64,000 nt of DNA, from positions 3,286,001 through 3,350,000 of the forward strand of contig JBLDXI010000017.1 in assembly GCA_047495785.1 (NCBI GenBank), in the 5' to 3' direction. Under the pieces are notes generated by a model that worked only from the letters and a program-made list of their open reading frames with translations, did no database searches and was not told the DNA's origin. This DNA is from Lepidodermella squamata. Its lineage: Eukaryota; Animalia; Gastrotricha. This document shows positions 40,134-52,559 of this stretch, piece after piece (the first letter of the stretch is position 1; each line of letters starts with the position of its first letter). Both the position numbers and the translations under genes were made by a program.

Positions 40134-41591
40134 ATGGGCGAGGAGAGTTGCTACGCATTGGCAGCGCCTGACTCTGCTGTTAACAAATCATGGATTTGCT
40201 TTGATGAAAGCAATGGTACAACGCAGTGTTTCTACATGTTTGGGCAACAGTTCAATCGTGGCAGCCAAATTTGCGGCTACTTTGAATCAGCAGTTATCAT
40301 TACCATAAGCGCTTTAGCTGTGCCGTCAAATGCAGTCGCCGTTTGGAATTTTTCACAGCGAAATGTCAGCCGAGAATTCATGCTACTCATTGCAAGTTTA
40401 TCGGTCTGTAATGTCCTTCTAGGCTTTAGTGGAATAATAAAGGGACTAGCTAGGTAAACACTGAATTTCTCTGATTTGGATCTCTTTAATGAAATATATC
40501 GAATTTTGAAGAGTCATGGATGACTATCCGCTAGGGAAGTTCGGTTGTCTGTTCTCAATCGGAGGAGGCTGGGTTCTACTGACTATTTCTATGTTGATCG
40601 TTGCGCTTATCAGTTTCGAGCGAAGATTCTGCTTGTCTCGCCAGCGTCGAAACAGTACACACGATAGAATGCAACACATATGCCGGCCCTCGCGATTTCG
40701 CACGATCGCTTTAACGCTAATTTTTGTGGTCATTTTCAGCATTTTGTTTTGGGCAGCGCCGTTTCTACTTTGGCAAGCTATTGACATCGTCGTGCTGAAT
40801 GTCGACGGCGTTAAACAGGGAGAAGAGCCGGTACAAATTTGCGGCATCCTTACTTTCAAACTGCCTCACAGTGCCTTGCTTCAAGTCATGTTCACTTCCA
40901 TTACTTTCATGATTCCGCTCGTCATTACAACTGTCAATTATACGTAAGTAATAACATTCCAATATTTTAAGTTGCATTTTTTTTTGCTTTTAGGCGGATA
41001 TGGCTTTTCCTCCGAAAAGCGCACTCTCGCCCACCCGAACGCTCAGACAGCATTTTGTCGGCAAAGTTGTTTGTTATATTTGAGCCGAGGAAGCACAATT
41101 TTCGGCACCAGCGAAAGCGCGAAGCGTTCCTGTCTTACCTCATGGGTATCTCGCTGTTCCAGTTCATCGTCTGCCTTTTACCCATGCAAATCGTCCTTAC
41201 CATCATGTGGTACCAGCAAGCCAACGGAGATTTAAGGTTGCATTCGCTGGCGGCTTTCCTCGCTGACTGTTTTATACTTCTCGACTCAACTCTAAATCCC
41301 TGCTGGTCTAGCTTGGTCCGTTACAGATACGAGGGCGGTCGAAGGCGGTTCAGCGCGACCAACAACATAATTTTCTTGTCAACACTATCGGCATTAGCTA
41401 TTTCGGACCCGGTGAGCGAACACTCTGATGCGGCGAATGATACGCGACGAAGTAGTCGCGCTGTCGAATTTTCTATCCCACACGACACTGGGCTGGTTGA
41501 CTCATCCTTGGAAAATGACACCGGTGAAAATGTCGGAAACGAAGAAGAATTAGCTTCGGGTGTGAAAATAGCCGATAGATCTATTGATTAA
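40134..41591 (+). CDS. Orphan class A (rhodopsin-like) GPCR, 3 exons
   Basis: Seven hydrophobic segments. TM1 SNAV, TM2 SLSVCN, YPLGKFGC loop, ISFERRF at the DRY position, FMIPLVITTVNY, FIVCLLP, DSTLNPCW. Confidence 0.85.
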
Positions 41592-42953
41592 TACAGAACT
41601 ACAACTATATAGCCGGTTTCTTAAAATTTAAGAATATAAAGAATAAAAAGCGTGATTTTGTCGACTCAATATTTTTCATTATCAAATGTTGTTATTATTA
41701 AAGATGCGGACAGTATGCGTTCAAAGCAGAATGCGTAAAACCACTGATGATGCTAAAAAGCCACACCGCTGAAACAGTTTGAAAAGACCACGTATAATTG
41801 CGCGTTTTATACCCTTTAATAGCACTAAACGGTATCCTGAATCAGTTCTCTTCGTGTATAATATGCTCAAGGTAGCTGTTAGAGCTGTTACAAAAGCTGT
41901 AGAAAAAAGAAATGATCCTATAAATAGTTCAACTAGTCTACACATTTGTGCCAATATACGTATGATGCGAGACACGACGTAAAGAGCGCAAAATAGTAAA
42001 AAGCACAAAAAGCGCGCTCTCTTCCGTCAACCGTCATCTAACAAAGACAAGACTACTTAACGGATCGGGAAACAATGAAGAGGCAAATGGTTAAATACTG
42101 GCAAAAGATAACTTTTTAAAAAAGAATGGAAGGTAGCCTTAATTTTGTTATTTTCTTATTAGTCGTTGCAACTACGTTAAACCGAGGTATATTGGCTCTA
42201 TTTTCTGGTTTTTTGTCTCTTAAAGTTGCTACTCCTCAGCGTCGGGGGCGGTTAAATGTTACCAAACAAACTTGATTGATACAATTCAATGTAACTACCA
42301 ATGCATGGTGAGAATTTGCGTTTCGCATTTTGGAACTATTGGCTATTTCCCGCACTTTTCTAAAATATTACAGACTTTGGTTGCATTGGAAGCTGGGGTG
42401 AAGTTCGTTCTTAGAAGCTGCAGCCCAAACGAACTTGCCGGATACTGTCCCAGTAAAGTTACAGGCGATTTTTGGATATACGGTCAGTTCTCAAGAATTT
42501 AACTAATCGGGATCATTGTTTATTGTTTAATTAACCAATTTTTTTAAACATTTTGTTCTTAACACTGTACACCAACTTTGGCCAACTCTTTTACGATCAA
42601 TTGCAGATTACTATTGCTGCTCATCGAGTGATCTTTGCATACCGACAATCTCGAAAAGTCCGTCAATCGCCGGCTATAACTCTATCAAAATGGTGACGAT
42701 GTCGTTGTGCATAACTTTCTTAATATCCCTGGTATAACTCAACTTTGACTCGATCTATTCAAAGCTCAGAGCTGATGGTTCCTGAAGCCTCAACTGATAT
42801 AAAAATTTGAATTACTACGGACCGTGAATATAATAGCGCAACCGACAAAAGAAAGCGCTGAGGACTCGCATAAAACAGTGGTTTCAAAGACTAAAATATC
42901 AGCGTAATTTTTCTTTAGCTGTATTTTGATGACCTGTTTTATCCTGGTAACTC

Positions 42954-43628
42954 ATGAGAATACTGCTTCTGCTTCTTTGCAATCTGGCAATCAACGCCCA
43001 AGATGAAGGTTCAGTGGCTACATATCTTTCTCATTCTGCGATTATAGTATTTGCCTTTCATAATAGACGACGCAGAGGTTTTAAAACTACTAGGGCAAAT
43101 CTACAATGAGGTCGAGAAGCAGGTGAACCTATCCCTAATTCCTCCCGAGGTTGAACGGCCAACAAACGTCAATGTCTCAGCTGATACCGACAATCTAATT
43201 GAGCCTGTACAAATAATCAATATTACCACCCTTCCTACGCCTGCACCTCGGAGGGCAGGTTTGTGATTTTTTAACCAGAAAAATTTACGCTAGTCTGAAT
43301 TTCTAGCTGGTGTCGATGAAGTCACCACGACGCCTAAACCGCAGTCTTATCCGGGTAAAAACTACAAATAAATTTTATTATTTTCTGATTTTTAATTGCG
43401 CTTTTTCCAGTTCCTGATGTCCCTGTCGGCAATAAATTAGGAAACTACCACGCGGCAGTGGTGCTCCTAATTATTTCAATTGTTTTAACATTCATTTTAC
43501 TGATAGTAGTTTATATCGCTGGCTGTCATGCCAAAACTCCGTTGCAAAGTTACATCACTCCGATCATTTTGATTGCTATAGTGGTCCCACTGAGTGCTGC
43601 TGGGGCTGGTTTGATGATGTCAATATGA
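42954..43628 (+). CDS. Uncharacterised membrane protein A: signal peptide, Thr/Pro-rich stalk, two C-terminal TM helices (4 exons)
   Basis: MRILLLLLCNLAINAQDE|DDAEVLKLL...TTLPTPAPRRA|AGVDEVTTTPKPQSYP|VPDVP...AAVVLLIISIVLTFILLIVVYIAG...ITPIILIAIVVPLSAAGAGLMMSI*. Phase-consistent GT-AG introns. Confidence 0.75.
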
Positions 43629-43698
43629 ATGCGCCAGAATTTTTCCATTCCGTCCGTCAAATTTAAATTTTAGGTACAAAAAATTATCTATTCCGTGA

Positions 43699-44347
43699 AT
43701 GTTGCGAACAATATCAACGATGCACAGTCAAGTCAAGGCCGTTGAGATTGTCATCTTCGGGCTCATCGTTGAAGGCTGCATTGCAGTGGACTATTACGGT
43801 ATAAGCGCCTTCTCATGATTTCATTGTACGTATATTATTATACATACCCAAGACGAGGATGCAATATCGCTCTCTGTAAATACAAGCGATACGGGCGATG
43901 TTCTAAAACTTATTCCAATCTTGATTTCCGAGGAAAGCTCTACGACAACGACAACGACGTAATTTTCGGTGTCAATTATTATTGCAATAAATACGTTTTG
44001 TCTTTATTAAAGGACGCCGGCTCCTCTGATAACAGATGATAAGGGTAATTCAGTTACAACAACAACTACGACGAGTACACTAGTTCCACCACTGCAGAAA
44101 GCTGGTAAGTATGCCAAAGTGCAGGAAATTTCCTTGACATCCGATAATGGTTTCAATTTTCCAAGTATACGACCCTAGATTTGACTCGATGCGAGTCGCT
44201 GGTTTCTCCTTGGTAATCCTTGCTATTGCTGTGCTTGTGGCGTGGTTCATTCTGTTTTTCTTTCGATCTGGAGCTACCATCATCCTTGTTCCTTTTGCCA
44301 TTGTGTTCCTGATAACAGGGACAGTGCTTGCATTCATAAATAAATAA
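43699..44347 (+). CDS. Uncharacterised membrane protein B with the same architecture as A (4 exons; start 43699 or 43720)
   Basis: MHSQVKAVEIVIFGLIVEGCIAVDYY|DEDA..GDVLKLI..STTTTT|TPAP..TTTTTTST..|VYDPRFDSMRVAGFSLVILAIAVLVAWFILFFFRSGATIILVPFAIVFLITGTVLAFINK*. Confidence 0.72.
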
Positions 44348-44846
44348 ATCTCGATTTTTCAAGTAAAATTATTATTAGGCTTTCGATCATGAAATGTGTC
44401 TCTTCTTCTTCCTTCTCTATCTTCCACCTCTCTTGAAAAACACCAGAAACAGAAAATGAGAAAAACGGGACACGTAGTAAAACGTATGGAACACGTATGG
44501 ATTGTGAGTTTTTACAAGCAGATTCCTCTCGATGGCAACTTTCAAAATCAAATATTGTTAGTCACCTGAATTTTATGTCGTCGACCTTATAGCCGAGATA
44601 GGCGTCTTAAAAGTAGCAGAGCTCATCTTTGTGTACGATCTGAGCAGCCCGAATAGCTGACTGACTTTAATTTGACTGATTTTTCGCAGCCAGCTCTTCA
44701 TGCCGTCAACACATCATGGGGCAACGGCCGCGATTCAACTGGAGATCCTGAACCACCGATGACTATCGAATATATCGATATTTATGCAGAAACAGTTTTC
44801 GAGTTCAAATGGAGGATAGTTGTCATCGAAGTTGTAAGGCAGAAAC

Positions 44847-45191
44847 CAGAGTTGTCCACGGGCCGGATTTAACCCAGGCAGTGCCGGGTTCGGGCGGGTA
44901 CGGGTACCCGTCTTCAAGGATTTCTTTACAATTGTTTTTGGAATATATGACAGTAAGATTTCAAGTTATTCCCGAAGCAAAATTTTGATCTTGTATCATT
45001 ATTAATGCAAATTGCAAATTTTGAGTAAAAATGAAGTCTCTTTGAAGTTTTTGAGCAACGAGAAGGAAGAAAAGATAGCGTGTGATTTCGTGAGATTTTT
45101 CTTTCACGGGGCCCGGGTTTGGAGATATTTACTGACGAGACCATGAACGAGACGGGTCGGGCGTAGATTTTTCGACCAGTGAACAACTCTG
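44847..45191. mobile_element. hAT-like MITE
   Basis: TIR CAGAGTTGTCCAC / GTGAACAACTCTG (1 mismatch) and repeated CGGG[TC] subterminal motifs. The 8-bp TSD GCAGAAAC lies at 44839-44846 and, once the neighbouring insertion is removed, at 45673-45680. Confidence 0.85.
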
Positions 45192-45193
45192 GC

Positions 45194-45666
45194 CATAGAC
45201 ATAATTTAGGATAGACTGCTTACTAACGAGAAAAAGGGTGCTACGCCATGGGCGCCAGATGGTCAGCTGATTCATCAGCGCTTGGAGGTAAAGTAAACAA
45301 AATATTCGATTGGTTCCGTGACGGGTTCGATTTTTCCAAGGGTTTGGTTGATGGATCCAGACAGAGGAAATCACGAGGAACACGCTGATTATTTTTTCGA
45401 AATTTTCAAACAAATTTGAACTGCTGTTATCGACAAAAAATAGTTTCGCAGTTATAAATAAAAATAATTTCCATGATCATTTAAATTGAAATTGAAGGAG
45501 TTTTTTAATGGTCCAGGTAGCCCGCATCGTGGTCCTCATTTTGATACTTGGAGCGAACTTCGATGATTTTTCATTGATTTTCTAGGAATTTTCAAAATAT
45601 CACCAAGCAGAATTGGCATTACAATTAAAGAAAAGCTATGTCTATGACTCCTAAATTATGTCTATG
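45194..45666. mobile_element. Non-autonomous DNA transposon with 8-bp TSD (P-element-like CATAG terminus)
   Basis: Perfect 18-bp TIR CATAGACATAATTTAGGA / TCCTAAATTATGTCTATG. Perfect TSD ACTCTGGC at 45186-45193 and 45667-45674. Confidence 0.9.
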
Positions 45667-46417
45667 ACTCTGGCAGAAACAGCGTGAGATACTCGACCTT
45701 GGCAGCACTTAGCCAAAATGTTCAGCCATGTTTTCGGGAAATGTGAAGCATTTTAAGACCGTTTCCAAAACAAAACAAAAAAGGAAAAAACCACAAAATA
45801 AGGCTTGCTTCGCGGCTGATTTGATACAATTTGATGAAATTTATATTCGTCCATACGTACGACCGGGACATTTCAGCTTTACTGCCGGGAAGTCACGCAG
45901 ATTCTATGCACTTGCGCTTGGCGTTACCTTAACTTTAAATTGGAAAAATCACAATTTCAGATCTCAGCTACTAATTTTAAACAGGCTACTGTTCCGAAAC
46001 GGTATGAAATGGCGGTATGGATTGTTGAAATTCTTGTATCGTGCATCAAAAAGTAATATTTCTGAAAAGGAAGATCCAATAGAAATTACACTGAAGCTAA
46101 AATACCGCGTTCTATCCGGAGTTATGCGTCACTGAAAAAAAATCAAATTCCTCAATTCGAATTCGTCTATTTTACGCGTTACTTTTGATTTTTCAGTTTT
46201 ACGCATTACTCCGAATCGAACGCGTTACTTCTGCTTCAGTGTACGATGTACTGCCTAAGGCTAAACGAAATTGTCCTTCCGGCCGTGAAAGGGCTTCTCT
46301 ATTGTGCACGAACAAAAAACATGAGAACTTGTATTATTCAAGATTTTATTCATTCTTTCGTTGCTTGTGGCACAACACATTATTTGGAAGACTAGAAAGT
46401 GACAGTTTTATTATCAT

Positions 46418-46950
46418 TTACTGCGAGGCCATTGCTTTCATCGCAGTCTCGTCCTGTTGCGTGAAGGTCGCCAGCTTTTTGCCAATGCGGTCGTGCACGT
46501 CCAGGTACTTGGCCACGCACCGATCGATGCACACCGACTCACCCTGTAATAATGGATAGTCATACTCAAGTTAGTTATACGTTACTGGTGATGTGTAAGT
46601 TAAATAGTCAAAAGTTGTAAATTTAGCGGGTGAAAATAAGCAAACACGAGCTTATCTCGATAACAAGCTGCGGTCGACTAAGGAAAAGGGATAAACAAAA
46701 AAAAACACTTTTTTCAAGTTTTAATGTTAAAAATGTAAACTGATGTGGACCCAACCTTTGTCAATTCGCCCTCTTTGTACCGAGCCGGAATGCACTTCTT
46801 ATGGCACGAGGTAGTCAATCTGCAAGTTTTACTGAACAATGAGAAATAGTAGGATGGATTCAAGTCAACAGACCTATTATACATGTCACTCATCATTTCA
46901 ATTTCTAAATCTTGGACCAGTTTCATTTGCTGTTGATTCAGGGCCGCCAT
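46418..46950 (-). CDS. TIMM10: Mitochondrial import chaperone Tim10 (3 exons)
   Basis: [13 protein letters not shown]-like motif ([13 protein letters not shown])|[17 protein letters not shown]|[17 protein letters not shown], containing the twin CX3C motif. Confidence 0.96.
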
Positions 46951-47660
46951 TTTATAGTAAAACTCTTTTAACTCTGAAAAAAGACAAACTTTTATATTGA
47001 AAATCGTCGAATAATTTTAATTCCATTTCTCAATTCAATATACCATAAAAGAGATTGCATAGTACATCTGTGCTACAGTATTACTCATAAAAACAGGGTC
47101 ATATGTATTGCCATTCAAACAACCAGTCTCGGTCACAACTCTGCAAAAACGTTAAAGCTGTCTGTATCTATCGTTTCAATTCAACTTTGATCTTGAGATG
47201 CGTAAAAAACATCAAAAACAAAAGACAGGGGCAGGGAAGTTTCGGTTCAGAAGCAGTTTTTTGCGTGGTTTCACACAGAAATGAGCAAAAAAAACAAGAA
47301 GGGCGAATAAAGCCCGAGAACAAGGCGGTTGCATAGACGAGGGAAGATCGTGGATCTGCGCGAAAAAATGAGGAAACTAATCAGTCGAGCTGTGGAAGAC
47401 CCCGCCGAATTCGGAAGCGCGAAAACCCAATCGAAAACACCACGGGTTGAAAGGATAAAATTGCGTTTAAAATGAAAAAAGAGAGCTCAGCAGCAGTTAC
47501 CAACAGGCAGCAAATATGTCGTATCAAAAGTAGCAGTTCAGCCAATATATTGGTACATACAAATATCGTTAGAAAACCATGGAAGAGGCTCGATATTAGG
47601 TTCGCTGTGCAAGTGAAAACAAAATTTGAACATGTGCAGCAGTGTCGATGTGGTTGGTTA

Positions 47661-50600
47661 TCATTGATTCAAGGCAGGCTGGAGTTCTTGCGAAGAAGCC
47701 GCGTCGTTGGTCGTTGTCTCCCGGATGTACTTCCGCCGCACTTCGCCGTTCGGATAGCGAGTTTCGCAAAGCCCGTTCTTGAATACGATCCGCACAATGC
47801 CGTTCGGGTAGACGCGGGACTTGTACTCGGCTGTGTGCATTTCCTTCTGGCCGTTCGGAAATTCTATCACTCGATCACCATTCGTGGATGTTGTCACAAC
47901 ACAACCGTCTGTAATACACACAAATTTTAACGGGAGGCGAATTTAGAAGAGTAAAAACTCACCAACAAACGTACAGACTTCCATACCATCCGGATAAGTC
48001 TGCTTAACTGTGCCATCAGGAAATATCTAAAAAAAACGTGAAAATTTTGAAATTTCATTTCGGCAACAGTAAAACTGGGAACATACAACATCCTGCGTGC
48101 CATTTGTGTACTTTTTCTCGACCTGGCCATTCGAGAACTCCATCACCTCGAGGCCATCGGAAAATGTCGTTTGTATCGTTTGCGTATCCGCGTAGTAATA
48201 GAAGACTGTTCCATCGCGCGTAACTTTCTTCATATCTTTGTTGAAAAATCGGATGAAAATTGGCGAGCCATCGGCACCAGTCAGTTTGATAGTGCCATTG
48301 GCAAAAACTATCCGCCGGCTGCCATCAGACCGCGTCACTTCGACTTTTCCATCTGGGAATTCTTTCTCAAGAGTGGCGACGCAATTTACATCGTCTTCGA
48401 ACAGCGCCAGCCCTATGTCTGCCAACCACTGATTCATCAATGCGGACTGGTTAGGTTCCATGCTTTCGATCAATTTCTGAAAAATTTCCTGTGAGTGCCG
48501 ATCATCGTTCGAAGGTTCAGGCTCCAAGGGTTTTTGATCATTTTTAAGACGGTCCTCAGCCACTTCAGGCGCAACTTCGTAAGCAGGCGACGCTGCTTCA
48601 CTCGTCGATTCACGATTATTATCCTCCTTATCACTATGACTACTAATCGCCATATTTTTTCCATCAACAGCCAGACTTCCTCCGCTTGTTCGATTTGAGC
48701 TATTCGAAACCAGAGGCATTTTGTTTCCAGAATCGGTCGGAGCAGTAGCCTGAGGCGCTTGAGGAATGACATTCTGCCGCGCATCGCCCTTGAGAGGTAG
48801 TGGTTTTCTTAAAGACTGGAGGCCACTTTTCGGCGACGAATCGCCCGCTGAACCCGATTTGGAAGCTGAGAATTTTTGCGGCAAGGCAGCGGCTGAATTG
48901 CGCTCGAGTCGAAGTCTCTCCAGCATTTCGATGCTGCGCTTTAATTCTTCGTTTTCGCCTTGTAATCGCTTCATTTGTTCCTTCAGCCGACCAATCTCTT
49001 TCGACTGCTTTTCCTCTTTTTCGGACGCTTCTTGCTCAGCCCTGCGCAGTTTTTCTCGCATCTGCACCAGCTCGACAGAGTTTTTCTCCGATGCCAACGT
49101 ATGAACCTGAGTCCGCAATTGGTCAAGAGCCGCTCTTTCACGTCTTCAGATAAAACATCATTAGCGGCAATAAATGAAATTTCGTAGGACTTACTTGATC
49201 TTATTCAATTCTTGCCGTCTGAACTGTTCAAATTTGGAAGACTCACTTTCCATATGCTCATCGAACTTGCGCTTTTCGGTAATAAAATCAGCCTGAACTT
49301 TTTCGAATTCTCGCTTCCGATCTTCTAACCGACGATTTTCCGTTCGAAATTTGTCTATTTCGACGTCGAGTTGCATGATTTTAGTGCGTAGCACATCGTT
49401 GAGAGGCTGCAATGGATCTGCTACAGCTGAAACAGGCACAGCGGGTTGCTTATCAACAATTGGAGCAGGCACAGGCTCGTAGTCTCTGACGCTGGATGGA
49501 AATAATAAGTAGGAACTACAAATACATTAAATTTTAAGTAAACTCACGTTGTTTTCTTAGGCGTTTCATTGAGATCTGGCGATGCCGATGGTGATGGCTC
49601 TGATAACAAAATAGGATCAGGCAGCGGTTGTTTTCTACCAATGCCAGTTCCCCATGATTCTTCGTCCTGAAATCCTTGAAATTTAGTTGGCTTGAAATTG
49701 CTAGCGATAGTGTCGGAGGTTTCCGGTTCTACGAGATCACCTGTAATTTAAAATTTTATAGATAAAATTAAGATAATATTAAAATACTAATAATCACTTT
49801 TTTGCGAACTTGGCTTAGTGCCAATGCTCAACTTCTGAGTAATTGACGGACGAGACATGAATTTCCTGACCACAGAGGCTTGACTGCAGATAGATGTATC
49901 GTGTGGATGGTCACCCAAAAATTCTTCCAACTGCTCGAACTCTTTTTCCGAGCACAGAGTCATGTCCTGGTTGTAAAAAACAGTTCTAATCAACACATAA
50001 CAGGTATTCGCTTCAGGCTTACAGTTGGTTTGGCGAAGAAAGGATCTGCTTCAATTGAAGCGACAGTCGACTGAGGTATGATAGACGCAGGAGAAGTGCT
50101 GCGTGGCAATGAAGAACTTTTGGTGTTGAAATCCGAATGAATAGATCGAGCTAGTTGAACGAAATTAAACATAAACAAAGGCGAAATTATACAAATAACA
50201 GGACATACGCGAAGGTGGAACAGGTGACTGTTTTCCGCGTTTAGCACTTTGAGCAGCAGGTACGGGTTTCACTGGAGCCTTAGAGGGAGGTAGATGAGCC
50301 TGCCTCGGGCTACGAGGGGGGACAACGTGCGATGGAACCCGCAAAGGTGGATTGGCAGCAGATGATTTGGTCGATGCGGATTCTTTAGCAGCGGAAAATA
50401 TTTTTCGTCTGACATTGTTACTAGCCTTGTTAGCCTGAAGAAAAAGGATATTAGGATAATATATTGTATATATTTCAACGACTAACCTCAGGAGTAGCTG
50501 GTGGTCTTTCTGGCGAATTTTTTCCGTTCCATCTGTTTAAGCCCTCGCCTTTCTTCAGAAAATGCTTGGCTTGTTTACTGCCGGGTGATAATGGAGCATT

Positions 50601-50750
50601 TGCATACGGATCATCTTCTGCATTCTGTGATTTAAGGCTAGTAATTATTCCATCCAATAAATTAAATCCAAAAGTTACCTGTTTCATCTTCAATTCGACT
50701 AGTTCTTCGAAGGTCATTTTAAGGGGACAAATTGGTTTGTCGTCCGCCAT
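47661..50750 (-). CDS. CENPJ: Centriole assembly protein SAS-4/CPAP, multi-exon
   Basis: N-terminal DDKPI..TFEELVE and FLKKGEGL motifs, coiled coil (LDVEIDKFRTEN), and a C-terminal TCP10/G-box beta-repeat (FANGT..FFNKD..YYYADTQT..FSNGQVEK..FPNGQKEMHT). Confidence 0.92.
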
Positions 50751-51607
50751 ATTGGTATCTAACCGTCAAACCTAATAAATAAAAGCAAATAAATGCAACC
50801 AAGTCGACAGCTCAAGGGGTTGTTCATGCTATATCAAATTGAAGTGAGTGATATACCAATCGTCCTAACGTTAAAGTTCTCTTGACTCTTGAGTCTCTCT
50901 GGTGAGTGAGCGTTTGGTCGTCCGCTTAAATAAAATTGCTCAAGTCTCAAGTTTTTACTGCCTAGCAAAGGTCGAAAGGCTTTGCGCCTCAGGATGGATG
51001 ATGCAGTGCAGAATCATCACAACAAACGGGGTACATAGTGAACTTTTGCTTTAACGAACAAAACGGCTCGCTCGAACCGAGTAAAGTGAAGTAAAGTGGC
51101 CTTGCTTATAACGGACAGTTTTCACTGGCGTTTTAGAAGTTCGTTACGACGATTCTGCAATGTATTTCTTCATTTACACGCAAAAATAAAAAATACAGCG
51201 ACGAATCGGATAAGACTGGGAGATAAAGTAAAAGGAAAGCCTAACATTAAGCATTAGAAGTTTGGTACCAGCCGGCAGCCTCCGAACACTTGAACAGGCT
51301 ACCTTAAACCCTAGCGCTTAGCTCTTCAGCAGAGCAATGGACTTATCGGCGTAAAAACCTTTCAAGTTTTAAGCTCGAATCATGGACGGACAGGGTTTTA
51401 GTTTGCCTACGCTTTGCACAGCAAACGACTTGCCGCATGGCCATAAGGTCGCCTGGAGCGATACCAATCGATCGCAAATCGCAAGCAGTACGCAGTACGC
51501 AGTACAGAATTCAGACTCCAAACTTTAAGATTAAGTAAGATTAAGATTGACTTGACCCAACGGATACTGGACATCGCCGCTCGATTAGACTTTGTCGGGC
51601 TTTGCTA

Positions 51608-51787
51608 CACTGTAAGAAAAATAATGCATCAGCGGACCCATGAGCGAAAGATCAAAAAATAATGCGTTATAACAGGCATTTTAATGCATTATTTTTGCTT
51701 TCGAACAATGAAATATTCAACCTTTGACCCCTTGAATTTAATTTAAAATAAAAAAACTTTCGCTAATGCGTTATTTTTCTAAGAGTG
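51608..51787. mobile_element. Short CACT-terminated (CACTA/EnSpm-like) MITE flanked by TA
   Basis: 27-bp imperfect TIR CACTGTAAGAAAAATAATGCATCAGCG / CGCTAATGCGTTATTTTTCTAAGAGTG, TA on both sides, and internal AATAATGC repeats. Confidence 0.75.
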
Positions 51788-52559
51788 TACCCTCGATTTC
51801 AATAAAGATTTAAAGAATTAATAAAGAATTAATTTACTAATTTAATACAAAGTTTTGTTTAACCACAATTTACAACAAATTATTGCATGCTTGATTAATT
51901 TTGTTTTGGTGTTCTGAAAAACGAATGAAAAATCGCCTATAATATTATGGTTTTTCATTTCTTATTGTTTGAATGCTCTCTTTCGATGACGACGTGAACA
52001 TAGCAATGGAGCAATGTTGCGCCTTGTACCTGGTACCTGGTTGCTTAATGTGTGCCTCCCGAATTCCCGGTTCTCAGGCGTCCCTTGTTCTCAGTGAAAG
52101 TGTGAAAATCATCAATCACATTGCCATGCGAGCGGTTTCAACCCCCGGTAAACGGAAGTCGTTTCTGATCTAGTAGAGGGGGTGGAGAGGCAGTAACTAC
52201 ATGCGCGTTTATCTGAACTCTCAAACCGCTACCAGGCGCGCGCCACGCCCTTACCATGCTTTCATTTTTATTTCAAACCCTGCTGCTTTATATTCTCGAA
52301 TTGATCCATGGCAACTATTCTGACCGAAGAAGCCGATCACTTGGGTGAAAGGATGAATTCTTATATCCAATCTTCAATCGCCCAACGATTGTTTAGGCAT
52401 CGACTTGAAGACTAGAACACGAGTTACTTCGGTGGCGTATTGTTGCCTTGTGGCCGATCCTATCCGATACGACGGTGTTTACTTATTTCATGTGAATACA
52501 TGTTATATGTCTACTATTTAAATTTAGATTTATTAAATCAAGATTGAAATCAGTGTTGG

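Noticed and set aside
41721-42502. Short ORFs downstream of the GPCR
   Set aside because: AT-rich, no motifs and no consistent exon structure.
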